Positions 51,405-61,649 of a stretch of 64,000 nucleotides of DNA are shown here, one piece after another. How positions within the stretch are numbered: position 1 is the stretch's first letter; the number at the start of each line of letters is the position of its first letter. This stretch comes from Gammaproteobacteria bacterium (GTDB taxonomy: Bacteria > Pseudomonadota > Gammaproteobacteria > Eutrophobiales > Eutrophobiaceae): NCBI GenBank assembly GCA_965222155.1, contig CBDCTH010000010.1, positions 2,267-66,266 of the forward strand, in the 5' to 3' direction. A program made the translations under genes and the position numbers. Under the pieces are notes generated by a model. The model was given only the letters and a program-made list of their open reading frames with translations. It did not search any database and was not told the DNA's origin.

Positions 51405-54400
51405 ATGGAAATGAAATTTTCAGGTGAATTCAAGGTAGACCTTCCTAAACAAGAGGTTTTTTCACAGCTGTCGGATCCGGAAAAATTTGCGCCCTTATTA
51501 CCGGGTTTCCATAGTATGGAAATGAAAGACGGCAAAACGGCCGTTATACGCGCCAGAGTCGGGATCGGCAAAATCGGCGGTATCGCGACAACGGAATTAA
51601 TGCTGAATAAATCCGAACCTCCCCACCACGCCCAGTACGTCGGCAGGGGCAAACTCATGCAGGGCGTTTACACGGTACGCACCTCTTTTGACCTGACGGA
51701 CAACGCTGCCGGTACCCAGATCGGTTGGCAGGGAGAAACCCAGCTGACCGGTAAAATCCTGTCACTGGCAGGCGGGGGCATTCGCGGCTATGCGGAAAAA
51801 GAGATCAATAAACTGATTGCCAGCCTGGAAGCGGCATTATCTCCGGAAGCCGCGCCGGCAGGACCGGCCAAACCGGGGGGCTGGCTCAGTCGTATCATGC
51901 ATGGACTCACTGGCAGGAGCGAAACCGAAGCGCCGGCCCTGGTCGAAAAGCAAAGCGCAGCGATGCTTTCGGAAGAGTTGCATGAGGCACGCAACGCTGT
52001 CCGCGCACGAGTCAATGCAATGCTCGATGTACCGCACTACGAGGCAAAGCCGGCAAGAAGAGAAGATGACCGGTTAATCAAAGGCAAAGGCTTTTTTGTT
52101 GATGACTTCAGCCCGGCCGGTCTGTTACACATGTCCCTGGTGCGTTCACCCTATGCCCACGCCCGAATTGTTGACATTGACGTGTCCAAAGCGGAGGCAT
52201 TGCCCGGCGTGGTCTGCACCCTGACCGGCAAGGACATCATGGAAATGAGCGATCCTTTTATCCAGATCGGGGCCGGAGCGCCGCAGAATATTACCGATTA
52301 CGCACTGGCAACGGACAAGGCGCTGTACCAGGGGGATCCGGTCGTCGCCGTTGTCGCCGAAACCATCGCCATCGCCGAGGATGCCGTGCAATTGGTTGAA
52401 GTGGAATACGAGCCTCTGGACGTCTTGCTGAATGCCGAGGAGGCACTGGAAGATCAGACTGTTCTCCATGATGAGGCCGCTACCAACGTGATTTACCAGG
52501 GGATGTATGAATACGGCGAGGTGGATAAAGCCTTCGAGGAAGCGGCCCACGTCGTCAAGATAGACAAACTGCATTTCCACCGCTTCGGCAGTACCGCCCT
52601 TGAACCCAATGCCTGCGTCGCCACCTGGGACCAGCGCGGGGACATAGATTTATTCTCCAACACCATTATGACGATCCCCCTGGTATTCCTGGCGCCGGCG
52701 CTACGCGTCAGCATGAACCAGATCCGCCTGCGCACTTATGACATCGGCGGCAGTTTCGGCAACAAGATCACCAATTACCCCTACCTGGCCCTGGCTTGTC
52801 TTGCCTCGAAAAAAACCAACGGCGCGCCGGTCAAGTGGATAGAAACCCGCGCCGGGCACCTGCTGGCAGGGGGACACGGCAGCGAACGAACCTACCTGGA
52901 TACCGAGGTCGCCCTGGACAGTGACGGAGTCATTACCGCTATCCGCTCGCGCCATATCGATGACGTCGGCGCCTATCCCCGTTACGAACCGCTGGGTTCC
53001 GTCATCTGGTCCCAGGTCCTCCCGGCTGCCTACAAGCTGCGCAATATCAGGATCGACTTCAACCAGGTCAATACCAATAAGGGTCCGGCCGCACCTAATC
53101 GCGGTTATTCACGGCTGCCGCATATCTGGTTTATGGAACGGGTGCTGGATATCTGCGGACACGAGCTTGGGATTCCTACTGACGAAATGCGCCTGAAGAA
53201 CTATATTGAAGAATTCCCGTACGAAACACCTAACGGCTGTGTCTATGATTCCGGTGATTTTCCCGCCATGCTGGCCGAAGCCAAGAAACTGGTCGGCTGG
53301 GATGACTGGAAGGAGAAGCAACGGGAAGCCCGGGAAGCAGGTCGATTGATAGGCATCGGCATCGGCACCACCCTGGATTCCGGCACCAATAACTGGGGAC
53401 AGGCCAGGTATGTCAACCCTGACGCGCCGTTCTCAGGCAATTCCACCGCCGCCACGGTTAAACTCGACATGGACGGCGCGGTTGTTGTCAGTCTTGGCAC
53501 CTTCCCCCAGGGGCAGGGACATGAAACCACTGCTGCGCAAGTGGTGGGCGAGGTGTTGGGCATCTCTCCTGATTTGGTTCACGTGAAGACGGGATTTGAT
53601 TCACTCAACGACAGCCATACCGGTCAATCGGGCACCTATGCCAGCCAGTTCGCAGTGACCGGCTTGTCGGCAGCCCACGGCGCCGCGGTCAAACTTAAGG
53701 CGGAAATAATCAAACTGGCCTGCTTTGCATTGGAGGCAACGGAACAGGAACTGGAATTCGGCGTCGGCGACATGGGGCCACAAGTTGGCGTTAAAGGCAC
53801 CGACAAGGCCATCAACTACTGGATGCTTGCCAACTTCATCAACTCGAACAGCGCCACCCTGCCGGAAGAACTGCGCGACCTGTCGTTGAACGCGCGCCAC
53901 GTCTATATGCCGCCGTTCCAGGTGCCGGACGTGGAGAAAAAGTTCGGGAATTTAACCCTTACCTACGCGTTGCAACTGCATATTTCCGTGGTCGAAGTCA
54001 ACCCGGAAACGTTTCAGACCAAAATACTGGATTACGCCATTGTCGATGACTGCGGCAAGGTGATTAATCCCATGATTGTGGAAGGTCAGGTACACGGCGC
54101 GGCAGCTCACGGTATCGGCGCCGCCCTGATTGAAGACTTACCCTACGATGCGGACGGAAATGCCATTTCCGGTTCGTTTACCGATTACGCTCCCATTACC
54201 ATCAGCAGCATGCCGGATCTCAAGTGTTCTAACCGGCAATCGCCCTCCCCCTTTACTTTCCACGGCGCCAAGGGCATGGGTGAAGGCGGCGGCGCGCCGT
54301 TACATTCCATATGCGCCGCCCTGCAGGACGCTTTGCACGGGAAAGATATCATTATCGAGAACTCCCATAACTCCCCCATGTCCATGTTTAACCGGTTTGC

Positions 54401-54440
54401 AAATGGTGCAGAAAAAGGCGTCAACGTTGAGTCACGTTGA
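51405..54440 (+). CDS. Fusion of a CoxG-like SRPBCC domain to a CoxL/XDH-family molybdopterin large subunit
   Basis: Residues 1 to about 150 are MEMKFSGEFKVDLPKQEVFSQLSDPEKFAPLLPG...GGIRGYAEKEINKLI (CoxG pattern). The remainder has the a/b-hammerhead region (GKGFFVDDFSPAGLLHMSLVRSPYAHARI) and the Mo-binding region (DIGGSFGNK). Confidence 0.8.
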   Translation: MEMKFSGEFKVDLPKQEVFSQLSDPEKFAPLLPGFHSMEMKDGKTAVIRARVGIGKIGGIATTELMLNKSEPPHHAQYVGRGKLMQGVYTVRTSFDLTDNAAGTQIGWQGETQLTGKILSLAGGGIRGYAEKEINKLIASLEAALSPEAAPAGPAKPGGWLSRIMHGLTGRSETEAPALVEKQSAAMLSEELHEARNAVRARVNAMLDVPHYEAKPARREDDRLIKGKGFFVDDFSPAGLLHMSLVRSPYAHARIVDIDVSKAEALPGVVCTLTGKDIMEMSDPFIQIGAGAPQNITDYALATDKALYQGDPVVAVVAETIAIAEDAVQLVEVEYEPLDVLLNAEEALEDQTVLHDEAATNVIYQGMYEYGEVDKAFEEAAHVVKIDKLHFHRFGSTALEPNACVATWDQRGDIDLFSNTIMTIPLVFLAPALRVSMNQIRLRTYDIGGSFGNKITNYPYLALACLASKKTNGAPVKWIETRAGHLLAGGHGSERTYLDTEVALDSDGVITAIRSRHIDDVGAYPRYEPLGSVIWSQVLPAAYKLRNIRIDFNQVNTNKGPAAPNRGYSRLPHIWFMERVLDICGHELGIPTDEMRLKNYIEEFPYETPNGCVYDSGDFPAMLAEAKKLVGWDDWKEKQREAREAGRLIGIGIGTTLDSGTNNWGQARYVNPDAPFSGNSTAATVKLDMDGAVVVSLGTFPQGQGHETTAAQVVGEVLGISPDLVHVKTGFDSLNDSHTGQSGTYASQFAVTGLSAAHGAAVKLKAEIIKLACFALEATEQELEFGVGDMGPQVGVKGTDKAINYWMLANFINSNSATLPEELRDLSLNARHVYMPPFQVPDVEKKFGNLTLTYALQLHISVVEVNPETFQTKILDYAIVDDCGKVINPMIVEGQVHGAAAHGIGAALIEDLPYDADGNAISGSFTDYAPITISSMPDLKCSNRQSPSPFTFHGAKGMGEGGGAPLHSICAALQDALHGKDIIIENSHNSPMSMFNRFANGAEKGVNVESR

Positions 54441-54500
54441 AATCGGAACAACGCGTACATCGTCGAGTCACGTTGAAATCGGAACAACGCGTACATCGTC
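54429..54500. repeat. Perfect tandem duplication of the 36-bp unit GAGTCACGTTGAAATCGGAACAACGCGTACATCGTC
   Basis: Copies at 54429-54464 and 54465-54500. The first copy contains the stop codon of the large-subunit gene. Confidence 0.9.
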
Positions 54501-54609
54501 ATACTGGCGAATGCCAGTATCCAGTAAATTAACCTTCTTTATTTATATGGGTGATTTTTCCTCTGGATACCGGCATTCGCCGGCATAACGGGAGAGCGTT
54601 AACATATTT

Positions 54610-55602
54610 GTGGCTGTTTCTTTTCACATAGGCATTCTTCCCAACCGGCCTTTAGCGGATTTTGTCGGTTGGGTGGCCCGCGCCGAGACTCTGGGTTTCG
54701 GCGGGGTCTGGGTGGCGGATTCCCAGTCCGTATTCCGCGATGCCTTCATGGCCCTGACCCTGTTCGCCGACCGCACCAAACGGATGGAACTGGCAACCGG
54801 CGTGACCAACATAATTACGCGACACCCTGTGGTTCTGGCCCATAGTTTTGCCACACTGAACGAATATTCCAACGGGCGCGCCGTACTCGGGATCGGTGTC
54901 GGGGATAGCGCCGTCCATACCATTGGGGAAAAACCTGCCAAACTCAAACGTATGGAAGAAATCATCAACGTGATCAGGAGATTAATGGCCGGCGAGGAGG
55001 TCAATTTCGACGGTCAGGATATCAGGGTCAGCTGGCCACCATGCAAAGTGCCCGTGGTCATCGCCTGTAGCGGCCCCAGGTCCCTGCAACTGGCCGGGCG
55101 TATTGCCGACGGCGTGTTGTTCCAGGTGGGGGCCGACCCGGACCTGGTGCGTTATGCCAAAAAGAATATCGGAATCGGCGCCCGCCAGGCCGGGCGCGTC
55201 CTGTCCGAGATCAAGCTGTATCAGCGTCTGGCCTTTGCCGTGTCCGAAGACCGTGAACAGGTACGCGCAGAAGCCCGCGGTTACGCGTCGGTGGCTGCTG
55301 GAACAATCTATGGGGCCGTACCGGAAGAGGATATCCCTGCCGACCTGCGCAGCGACTTGCAACTCATGAAAGAAAAATATGATTACCAGCAACACGGCAG
55401 CATGGACTCGGAACACGCCGGGTTGATCACCGACCGGATACTCGATGCGGTGGCTATAACGGGTACGCCGGACGAGGTGATACCCAGGTTACGAGAATTG
55501 ACGGACCTTGACATAGATAATTTTGTCCTGCCAATCGCCACAAAACACCCTGATGCGGTTATTCATACCCTGGCTGAAAAGGTCATACCTTACATCAGTT
55601 AG
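54610..55602 (+). CDS. LLM-class (luciferase-like) flavin/F420-dependent oxidoreductase
   Basis: 330 aa. FGGVWVADSQSVFRDAFMALTL...GIGVGDS...; GTG start. Confidence 0.7.
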   Translation: MAVSFHIGILPNRPLADFVGWVARAETLGFGGVWVADSQSVFRDAFMALTLFADRTKRMELATGVTNIITRHPVVLAHSFATLNEYSNGRAVLGIGVGDSAVHTIGEKPAKLKRMEEIINVIRRLMAGEEVNFDGQDIRVSWPPCKVPVVIACSGPRSLQLAGRIADGVLFQVGADPDLVRYAKKNIGIGARQAGRVLSEIKLYQRLAFAVSEDREQVRAEARGYASVAAGTIYGAVPEEDIPADLRSDLQLMKEKYDYQQHGSMDSEHAGLITDRILDAVAITGTPDEVIPRLRELTDLDIDNFVLPIATKHPDAVIHTLAEKVIPYIS

Positions 55603-55623
55603 AAACTGCCGGAGACAGCAGCC

Positions 55624-55648
55624 GGGGACAGAATTTAATTCCGTCCCC
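55624..55648 (+). terminator. Rho-independent terminator (GGGGACAGAATTTAATTCCGTCCCC followed by TTTTT)
   Basis: A 9-bp stem followed by a T-run, 22 nt after the LLM gene stop. A second related hairpin lies at about 55664-55688. Confidence 0.7.
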
Positions 55649-55759
55649 TTTTTGCCGGTGTCCGGGGACTCGGAATTTAATTCCGTCCTCTGATTATGGT
55701 ACATTTATATGTTAATCTACACTGAAATAGTATTTTTACCTTTACAGGAGATATAAAAA

Positions 55760-56053
55760 ATGTTCAAGAAACTTCCAATACTCTTAGTGCTGCTGTCTGT
55801 TTTACTGCCCGGATACGTTGCTGCGGCTGACGATTATGTTCCCACTCTGATCACGGATACCCCGTATGAAGGCCGCCAACTGGCCATTAAACTGGCTAGA
55901 AAATCCATCGGTGAAATGCAATCGGACCCGGCGGTTAAAAAGCAGGTACGCTCAGTTTACTCCCAGGACGGCGCGATGCTGATTGATGCAGCCGAGGTGA
56001 TCGCTATTGAGTTCAGCACCATAGCCGCGGCGAATAATTACTGGCGTAAATAA
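55760..56053 (+). CDS. Small secreted protein of unknown function
   Basis: 97 aa with signal peptide MFKKLPILLVLLSVLLPGYVAA. Confidence 0.45.
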   Translation: MFKKLPILLVLLSVLLPGYVAAADDYVPTLITDTPYEGRQLAIKLARKSIGEMQSDPAVKKQVRSVYSQDGAMLIDAAEVIAIEFSTIAAANNYWRK

Positions 56054-56134
56054 GTTTTTTCCCGGCCAAACTGCCTGCCCCTGCCTGCTGCCTGCCTGAC
56101 GCCGAGGCAGGCATAAGCCCTGCCTGTATATTAG

Positions 56135-56578
56135 CTATTTAAACTCTACAGCACACTGAAAATAGTGGACGTCCCGCGGCAATGTCGCCCCGGGCCCGAC
56201 TTCCATGGGCCAACCATTACCTGTAAAACACTTGCATTGACCACCTGAACCTGAACCATCCTTCCCGAGCACCGCTGTGACTAAAGAAGCAAACAGCTTG
56301 GCGCGCTTGTTTCTTACTATTGCCACTATCTCCCCTTTTCCCTTAGAACAACCCGCGTTGTCGGCAAGTCTTGCGAAGTCATCGGATGAAGTGCCACGTC
56401 CGTACCTGATTTGGAATGTAGTACCGGCAGGCGGCTCCCAACCAGACTGATTGGGATCTAAATTCGCAGAACCGCCAGTCAGATCTTCGAGCGTGAACCA
56501 CGCGGGATAGCCGCCGGCAAACCCGGCATGGCTGAGGATGACCGAGAGCAAGAGTATGGCGATAGTTGTGAGTTTCAT
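56135..56578 (-). CDS. Secreted protein of unknown function
   Basis: 147 aa with signal peptide MKLTTIAILLLSVILSHAGFA. Confidence 0.45.
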   Translation of the reverse strand: MKLTTIAILLLSVILSHAGFAGGYPAWFTLEDLTGGSANLDPNQSGWEPPAGTTFQIRYGRGTSSDDFARLADNAGCSKGKGEIVAIVRNKRAKLFASLVTAVLGKDGSGSGGQCKCFTGNGWPMEVGPGATLPRDVHYFQCAVEFK

Positions 56579-56682
56579 GTTAGTTCCTTCGTTGAGTGAT
56601 GGTGATAGTTGTGGGTTTCATGTTACTCCCTCCGTTGAGTGTTAGTAACAAATAGATTTCTCCGCCTTATCCAGTTGCGGAG

Positions 56683-58728
56683 TTATATCGGTGATATTTC
56701 TACCCGGGCATCATAGGCGGCCTGCCCGGTGCTGAAAGGAAACATGTTGACAGCGCTGTCCGGGATGCACTTCCCGCCGGAGGTCAGGTTATTGAAACCG
56801 GGCCAGCCGTCATGCATCCATACCGTACCCGGCGGCACGTCGTCGGTCACCCTGGCTAACGCGTCACATTCACCGCGCTCATTGTATATTTTGATCGGCA
56901 TGCCGTTTGCCAGCCCGCGCGCGGACGCATCCGCGTTCGATATCCACAGGGTTGCCCCGTCTTCGAGCTTGTCAATGGAAGGCAAGGCGCGGCCGTGATC
57001 GTAGAACGCATGAAAATGCGTCAGCATCCTGCCGTTGCGTAATTCCAGAGGAAACCCGGAGGCGGGACGCGCCTGGTAATCCGGCAAGGGCGGCAACCCG
57101 TGTTCTGCAGCTTGTTCGGAATAAAACTCAATTTTCCCTGACGGTGTGGCATAACGATGGTCGATATGCGCCACGTGGGAAATATTCAACTCCCCGATAC
57201 CTCCTTGAGCGCGTAAGGAGGCGACGCTCGCATGACCGGTAGACGGATGATCCAATACCGCGTCGATATGGCCGTTATCGGATTCCCACGGATAAAAATC
57301 ATCGATACTCAGCCGCTGTGCCAGGTCTTTGAGCAGCGCAGTCATGGAGCGGGCCTCCCCGGCAGGTGTCAAGGCCTGCTCCATGAGATACAGGTGCGTG
57401 TGGGTGCTTTTAACGCCTGTGTCTTCCAGCCACGCCGTTGCCGGCAACATGATATCCGCATATTGTCTGCTCATATCATTCATAAACAGATCATGACAGA
57501 CGATCAGGTCCATTTGCGCCAGCCCCTGCTCCATGCGTTGTGCATCGGCGTAAGACGACAACATGTTGGTGCCCAGCATCAGGAAGGCGCGCACGCGGCC
57601 CTCCACTATGGCATCAAGAATGGTCGACATCTGGTTGGGGATATAATTGCCCGGCGGGCGGGCCTCGAAATTCAGGATATGCTGAGTGGCAAAACCATGG
57701 GACATGGCGGCATGTCTGGGCCCCAGACCACTGCCGGGTTTGCCGGATTTTCCGGTGAGTGGCGGCAAACAGGATACGGCGCGGCTTGCCTGCCAGCCGT
57801 TCTGGTCCTTGTATATGGAACTGCCGCCCAGCAGGATCATCGCCCGTTCCGTAGTGGCGTAATCACGGGCAAACCCGCTGATGCGATCGGCATCGATACC
57901 GGTGATCGCTTCAGCCCAGTCTGGCGTCAGGCGCTTTACGTGTTCCTGTAACTGCGTAAAACCGAGGGTGTGGTTGTTAATGAATTCCTTATCGTGTTTA
58001 TTCTCGGCAATGATCACGTGCATCATGGCCAGAGCAAACGCGGCATCTGTCCCGGGCCTCACGATGAAATACTCGTCCGCCAGACGGCACGCCTCACTGA
58101 CCCGCACATCAATGACAATCACTTTTGCGCCGCGCCGTTTTGCCGCTGTAATATGTCTGCCCGTATTCGGTTGACTGGCAATGTTTGCGCCCCAGAGGAT
58201 GATCAGGTCCGAGTGCTTCCCCATGTCTTCCTTGGTATTGGCCTCCAACGTCCCGGTCAGACCGAGGCCGAAACCACCCAAGCCCCAGCAGATCATAGCG
58301 GGGTTCCACCACTGGCAGCCATACATATTACCGAACCTCAAGGCCAGTTCAGCATGGGCGAAAGTACCATAGTCGTTGGCCAGCGCGCCATGACCGGGCC
58401 ACACACCCACGGCTTCCCGCCCGACGGCCTGAAAACCATTAACGATACGGTCCAGGGCTTTATCCCAGTTCACTCTACGCCAATCATCACTCCCGCGCGT
58501 CTCACGCACCATGGGGTATAAAATGCGCTGGGGATTATCGATAATCTCGTCGGCAGCCTGGCCCCGTACACAAAGAAATCCGCGGCTGTCGGGGTTCTCT
58601 TTATCACCCTTTATTTCGACAAGTTGGTCGTCTTTCACGTTGACCAGCATCCCGCAGAGTGTGGGATGGCAATTCATGGGGCACATGGTACGGATAGTAC
58701 GGCTTTCTTTGGAGCTGTTGCTAGTCAT
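56683..58728 (-). CDS. Molybdopterin (bis-MGD) oxidoreductase, MopB superfamily, no Tat signal
   Basis: N-terminal CPMNCHPTLCG [4Fe-4S] motif and about 680 aa with MopB-like regions throughout. Its substrate cannot be assigned from sequence alone. Confidence 0.75.
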   Translation of the reverse strand: MTSNSSKESRTIRTMCPMNCHPTLCGMLVNVKDDQLVEIKGDKENPDSRGFLCVRGQAADEIIDNPQRILYPMVRETRGSDDWRRVNWDKALDRIVNGFQAVGREAVGVWPGHGALANDYGTFAHAELALRFGNMYGCQWWNPAMICWGLGGFGLGLTGTLEANTKEDMGKHSDLIILWGANIASQPNTGRHITAAKRRGAKVIVIDVRVSEACRLADEYFIVRPGTDAAFALAMMHVIIAENKHDKEFINNHTLGFTQLQEHVKRLTPDWAEAITGIDADRISGFARDYATTERAMILLGGSSIYKDQNGWQASRAVSCLPPLTGKSGKPGSGLGPRHAAMSHGFATQHILNFEARPPGNYIPNQMSTILDAIVEGRVRAFLMLGTNMLSSYADAQRMEQGLAQMDLIVCHDLFMNDMSRQYADIMLPATAWLEDTGVKSTHTHLYLMEQALTPAGEARSMTALLKDLAQRLSIDDFYPWESDNGHIDAVLDHPSTGHASVASLRAQGGIGELNISHVAHIDHRYATPSGKIEFYSEQAAEHGLPPLPDYQARPASGFPLELRNGRMLTHFHAFYDHGRALPSIDKLEDGATLWISNADASARGLANGMPIKIYNERGECDALARVTDDVPPGTVWMHDGWPGFNNLTSGGKCIPDSAVNMFPFSTGQAAYDARVEISPI

Positions 58729-58761
58729 TGATATCAATCACTTGTAACCAGCGGCGACAGT

Positions 58762-59394
58762 TTACTTCACCTGTAGCAGATAAGCGGATTGAGGACAGGT
58801 ATGCCCTTTTACCACCGTTTCGGATTCCTCCAGAAATTCCACCTCACACCACGGCTTATACAAGGTATTGACTTCATCATCGTACACCTGATGAGGTGGC
58901 GGCTTGATTTGTCCGTCCTCGTAACTCAGGGTGAGCAATAAAGTTTTGCTGCCTGGTTGCAGTAAACCATTGAGTTTATCAACGTATTTTGTGCGCATGT
59001 CCGCGGGTAAAGCTATCAATGAGCCGCGGTCAAACACCGCAACCACGTTATGTAACATAGCCGGCGTCAATAAAAAGAAATCTCCACTATATATTTGGAT
59101 GAGATCTGACTTGTAGCAGATAAACGGTCCGACTTCGCGCCGCGTTGCATCCATACCGTGTTCTTCGAAAAATGAGCGCGCGGCAATTTCACTCAATTCC
59201 ACGCCAAGTACGTCATAGCCCTGCCCGGCCAGCCATAGCATATCCTTGGATTTACCGCACAGGGGAACAAACACCTTGCTGCCGCCGGGAATATCCAAAC
59301 CAGCCCAATGCCTGACCAGCACGGGATTAAAATTGTCCTGGTGGAAGCCAAGTTCATTGGTTTCCCACTTTTCATGCCAGAATTGATGTTCCAT
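58762..59394 (-). CDS. tpm: Thiopurine S-methyltransferase
   Basis: FWHEKWETNELGFHQDNFNPVLVRHW...KVFVPLCGKSKDMLWLAGQGYDVLGVELSEIA. Confidence 0.85.
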   Translation of the reverse strand: MEHQFWHEKWETNELGFHQDNFNPVLVRHWAGLDIPGGSKVFVPLCGKSKDMLWLAGQGYDVLGVELSEIAARSFFEEHGMDATRREVGPFICYKSDLIQIYSGDFFLLTPAMLHNVVAVFDRGSLIALPADMRTKYVDKLNGLLQPGSKTLLLTLSYEDGQIKPPPHQVYDDEVNTLYKPWCEVEFLEESETVVKGHTCPQSAYLLQVK

Positions 59395-59526
59395 ATATAT
59401 CGAATAGTGTGGTAAGCCCTGTTTTACCGGTTAAAGACTCCATTCTAAACACCCATGCACCCTCTTTACAATAGCCAAGGGGGTTAGCGGTATTATGATA
59501 ATGTCGCTGATATATTATAAAAAGGC

Positions 59527-61068
59527 TTATCCCGGCGCTTTGGATACCTCCGCGAATAACATGTTCACGTGTCTCCGCTCAGGACGTCGCCTATTCGTAA
59601 ATTGACTAACGAGAAGATAGACAAGAACGGAAATAATAAAAGCGGGGATCACTTCGTGAATGTCCTGCAACACGGGGAACTGAAAGCGGAAAGCGAAACG
59701 CCAGATCACGCAACTCAGTATGCCGACCAGCATGGATGCCAGTGCTCCCATGTCGGTACCCCAACGCAGATAGAGTCCACCGAATATCGCCGGGAAGAAA
59801 CTGGCTGCAAATACCGCCCCGGAAAATGCAGTAAGTTCGACTATACCGGCCGGCGGATAGAGGGTGAATACATACAGCAGAATACTGTAGCCAAAAATTG
59901 CCCCTTTGGTCCGCGGCACCAGTTTGCTCTTTTCCATGGGTTTTGAAACGTGCCAGATATCCTGAATGAAGGCGGTGCCGACAATAAGCATGACTGATGC
60001 CAGCGATGACATGCCGGCGGCGAACAGTCCTGCCACGCAGATACCGCTTATCCACGGATCATCGAACTTTGCCAGCATAAATCCCACAACCTCGTCTGTG
60101 TGCTGCACCAGGTAAGCGGCTTCCTGTTCCGTCGCCATGCCGTGTACCAGCGCACCCAGCCCCATCACGCAGATCAGGGAGATGCCGAGAAAAACAGGTG
60201 TCCAGATCATGGCAAACTTCATGCTGCGGGCATTGTCGATGGAATAAAATCGAATCAGGCAACGTGGTTCTGCGATTTGTTTCATCCCTACCGCAAGACC
60301 GATACCGAGGATATAAAAGAATGAGACCAACTGTCCAAAAGTAACCAGCCCGTTGCCCATGGGTTGTCCGAAACGATCCGGATGTGTCGTATCGGCAATT
60401 CGGCCCATGAGTTCAACCGGTCCTCCGACATAGATGACAGGCAACATGACGAGGATGATGGCCACGGCGAACATTATAATCCCCTGGATGGCATCAGTCC
60501 ATAATACGCCGTACATGCCACCCCAGATAGTGTAAGAGGCGGTTATCAGGATCATAAGCGCCGTGCCCCACGCATAAGGTACGTCGAGTACTGCGGTTAA
60601 TACATGACCCAGCCCCTTGGTAATGCCCACCATGTACCAGAGCGTGGCAAACAGAATGACCACGGCGGACAACACCCGGATCGACTTTGATAATGAGGAT
60701 TTATAACGCAGATGAAAATAATCGGGAATGGTATAGGAACCAAGCAGCGCAGTCTGGTTGCGCATCCGGGGACCCAGCACCAGCCAGGAAATGACGCAGA
60801 AGATCGCCCAGAACAGTCCGACCCAGGCCCAGGACAACCCATATTGAAAGGCCTTGCCGGCCTGCCCTATGTAGGTGTTGGTGCTGGCAAAGGTAGAGAA
60901 AAATGCAAGTGAGACAACCCAGCCGGGGATTTCCCGTTTGGCGACGTAAAAGGCCTTTACGCCTGCAGCCGCCCTGCTCTTAAAATACCAGCCGACAGCC
61001 AGGCAAAAAGCAAGGTACAGAACCATCAAGCCAAGGATAGGGGCATGTCCGGTCAGGTAGTCGCTCAC
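59527..61068 (-). CDS. Sodium:solute symporter (SSF) family transporter
   Basis: 513 aa with about 13 TM segments and an SSF-like pattern. The GTG start overlaps the stop of a small upstream ORF. Confidence 0.8.
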   Translation of the reverse strand: MSDYLTGHAPILGLMVLYLAFCLAVGWYFKSRAAAGVKAFYVAKREIPGWVVSLAFFSTFASTNTYIGQAGKAFQYGLSWAWVGLFWAIFCVISWLVLGPRMRNQTALLGSYTIPDYFHLRYKSSLSKSIRVLSAVVILFATLWYMVGITKGLGHVLTAVLDVPYAWGTALMILITASYTIWGGMYGVLWTDAIQGIIMFAVAIILVMLPVIYVGGPVELMGRIADTTHPDRFGQPMGNGLVTFGQLVSFFYILGIGLAVGMKQIAEPRCLIRFYSIDNARSMKFAMIWTPVFLGISLICVMGLGALVHGMATEQEAAYLVQHTDEVVGFMLAKFDDPWISGICVAGLFAAGMSSLASVMLIVGTAFIQDIWHVSKPMEKSKLVPRTKGAIFGYSILLYVFTLYPPAGIVELTAFSGAVFAASFFPAIFGGLYLRWGTDMGALASMLVGILSCVIWRFAFRFQFPVLQDIHEVIPAFIISVLVYLLVSQFTNRRRPERRHVNMLFAEVSKAPG

Positions 61069-61199
61069 TTCCTCCCGCCCTCGTCTTCGTCTTCCTCCGG
61101 CTGTTCGCTTATGTGAATTGTCATACGGGAAACAATCAGGGCATTGACGATGATGACAATGATTATTCCCCAGTAGGGGAAGGCAGTCAGTAGATCCAT
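61065..61199 (-). CDS. 44-aa single-TM protein coupled to the symporter gene (candidate small subunit)
   Basis: MDLLTAFPYWGIIIVIIVNALIVSRMTIHISEQPEEDEDEGGRK. Its TGA overlaps the symporter GTG (GTGA). It is absent from the ORF track because it is shorter than 60 aa. Confidence 0.45.
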   Translation of the reverse strand: MDLLTAFPYWGIIIVIIVNALIVSRMTIHISEQPEEDEDEGGRK

Positions 61200-61649
61200 G
61201 AGCTTATCAATACCATGACTAAAATAAGGAATTCCGGGTTTCGGATCAGTGCGGTTTGGCTGAACTGTAAAATTGAATAATCGCTCCGTCCGGGGCCTTT
61301 ACCGTAGCGGTCACGAGATTGAAGCCGGCACACAGGATCAATAACAATAACTTTTTCATGTATGGTGGAAACAGCAGGAATTGGTTGTGAAATACCTTAG
61401 TCAATAACTTGTTCGTTTCCAGTTTAAAGGGATAGCATGGGAAAGAACAGTGAAAATCTTCTCGGTGACAGGGATTGTGTCGCCGGTAGCGATGTGGGCA
61501 TCCGCTGACGGCTCCTCTGTCGTCATACCGGACTTGACCCGGTATCCAGTCTGATACTATGTCGCTGGAGGCGACCCATTGTTTCACTGGATTTACATCC
61601 TTTTACAATTGCCTGTACTGTTCAGGACAACGGCGCAATATTATGGTCC

